A stretch of DNA of 64,000 bases from the NCBI GenBank assembly GCA_964247055.1, contig OZ176051.1:4774001-4838000 (forward strand), read 5' to 3'. The notes beneath the pieces are model-generated. The model searched no databases. It saw only the letters and a program-made list of their open reading frames with translations, and was not told the origin of the DNA. The stretch comes from Paragordius varius (taxonomy: Eukaryota > Animalia > Nematomorpha). This document shows, one piece after another, positions 63,730 to 64,000 of the stretch (its first letter is position 1; every line of letters begins with the position of its first letter). Both the position numbers and the translations under genes were made by a program.

Positions 63730-64000
63730 TTAATATCAATAATATATGTTTCAAAAAAGCAAAACGATATTTTTATTGGATACGGACTATGCTAGAAAAG
63801 ATTTTACCCTTTTAAATGGGCTAGTTTTCTTTAAACAAACTCATAAATATCTAGATTTTGTAAGTTTTTTTTAAATATATGGTAGATTATGGCATTAAAA
63901 AAATTTTAAAAATGTATATTTTGCCCAAACTTTAAATTTCAATTTTGGTGAGGTGTTTTTATTATGAGGCATGGTAAAAACGATTAGAAAACACTTTTTC

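Larger units (their letters stand above)
62361..64000 (+). mobile_element. Family X copy (runs off the window) hosting nested piggyBac-like MITEs
   Basis: 62361-62563 and 63734-64000 are collinear with 61175 onward. Confidence 0.6.

Overview
Very AT-rich eukaryotic DNA with spliced genes; an ALK-family receptor plus a nicotinamidase point to an invertebrate animal (species not determinable). I reconstructed six genes by hand with phase-consistent GT-AG junctions: PP5/PPP5C (5' end only, -), an ALK/LTK-family receptor tyrosine kinase (23 exons, ~1865 aa, -), nicotinamidase (4 exons, 240 aa, +), KRI1 (8 exons, 381 aa, -; largely missed by the ORF track), cyclin B (7 exons, 384 aa, -) and a mitochondrial-type ALDH (10 exons, 518 aa, +). 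The rest is a dense, repeatedly nested transposon landscape: a near-intact RTE-type LINE with a PHD-like finger, two LINE fragments, non-autonomous Helitrons (one expanded into a tandem array), piggyBac-like TTAA MITEs, hAT MITEs with 8-bp TSDs, Tc1/mariner-like elements and a 2.2-kb foldback palindrome. The most striking signal is the intron architecture: 9 of the 48 modelled introns are only 21-28 nt, the next smallest is 76 nt, and both classes occur in the same genes as kb-scale TE-filled introns. All three micro-introns whose length is a multiple of 3 contain an in-frame stop. No CRISPR, rRNA or tRNA was seen. All models are manual and lack transcript evidence.
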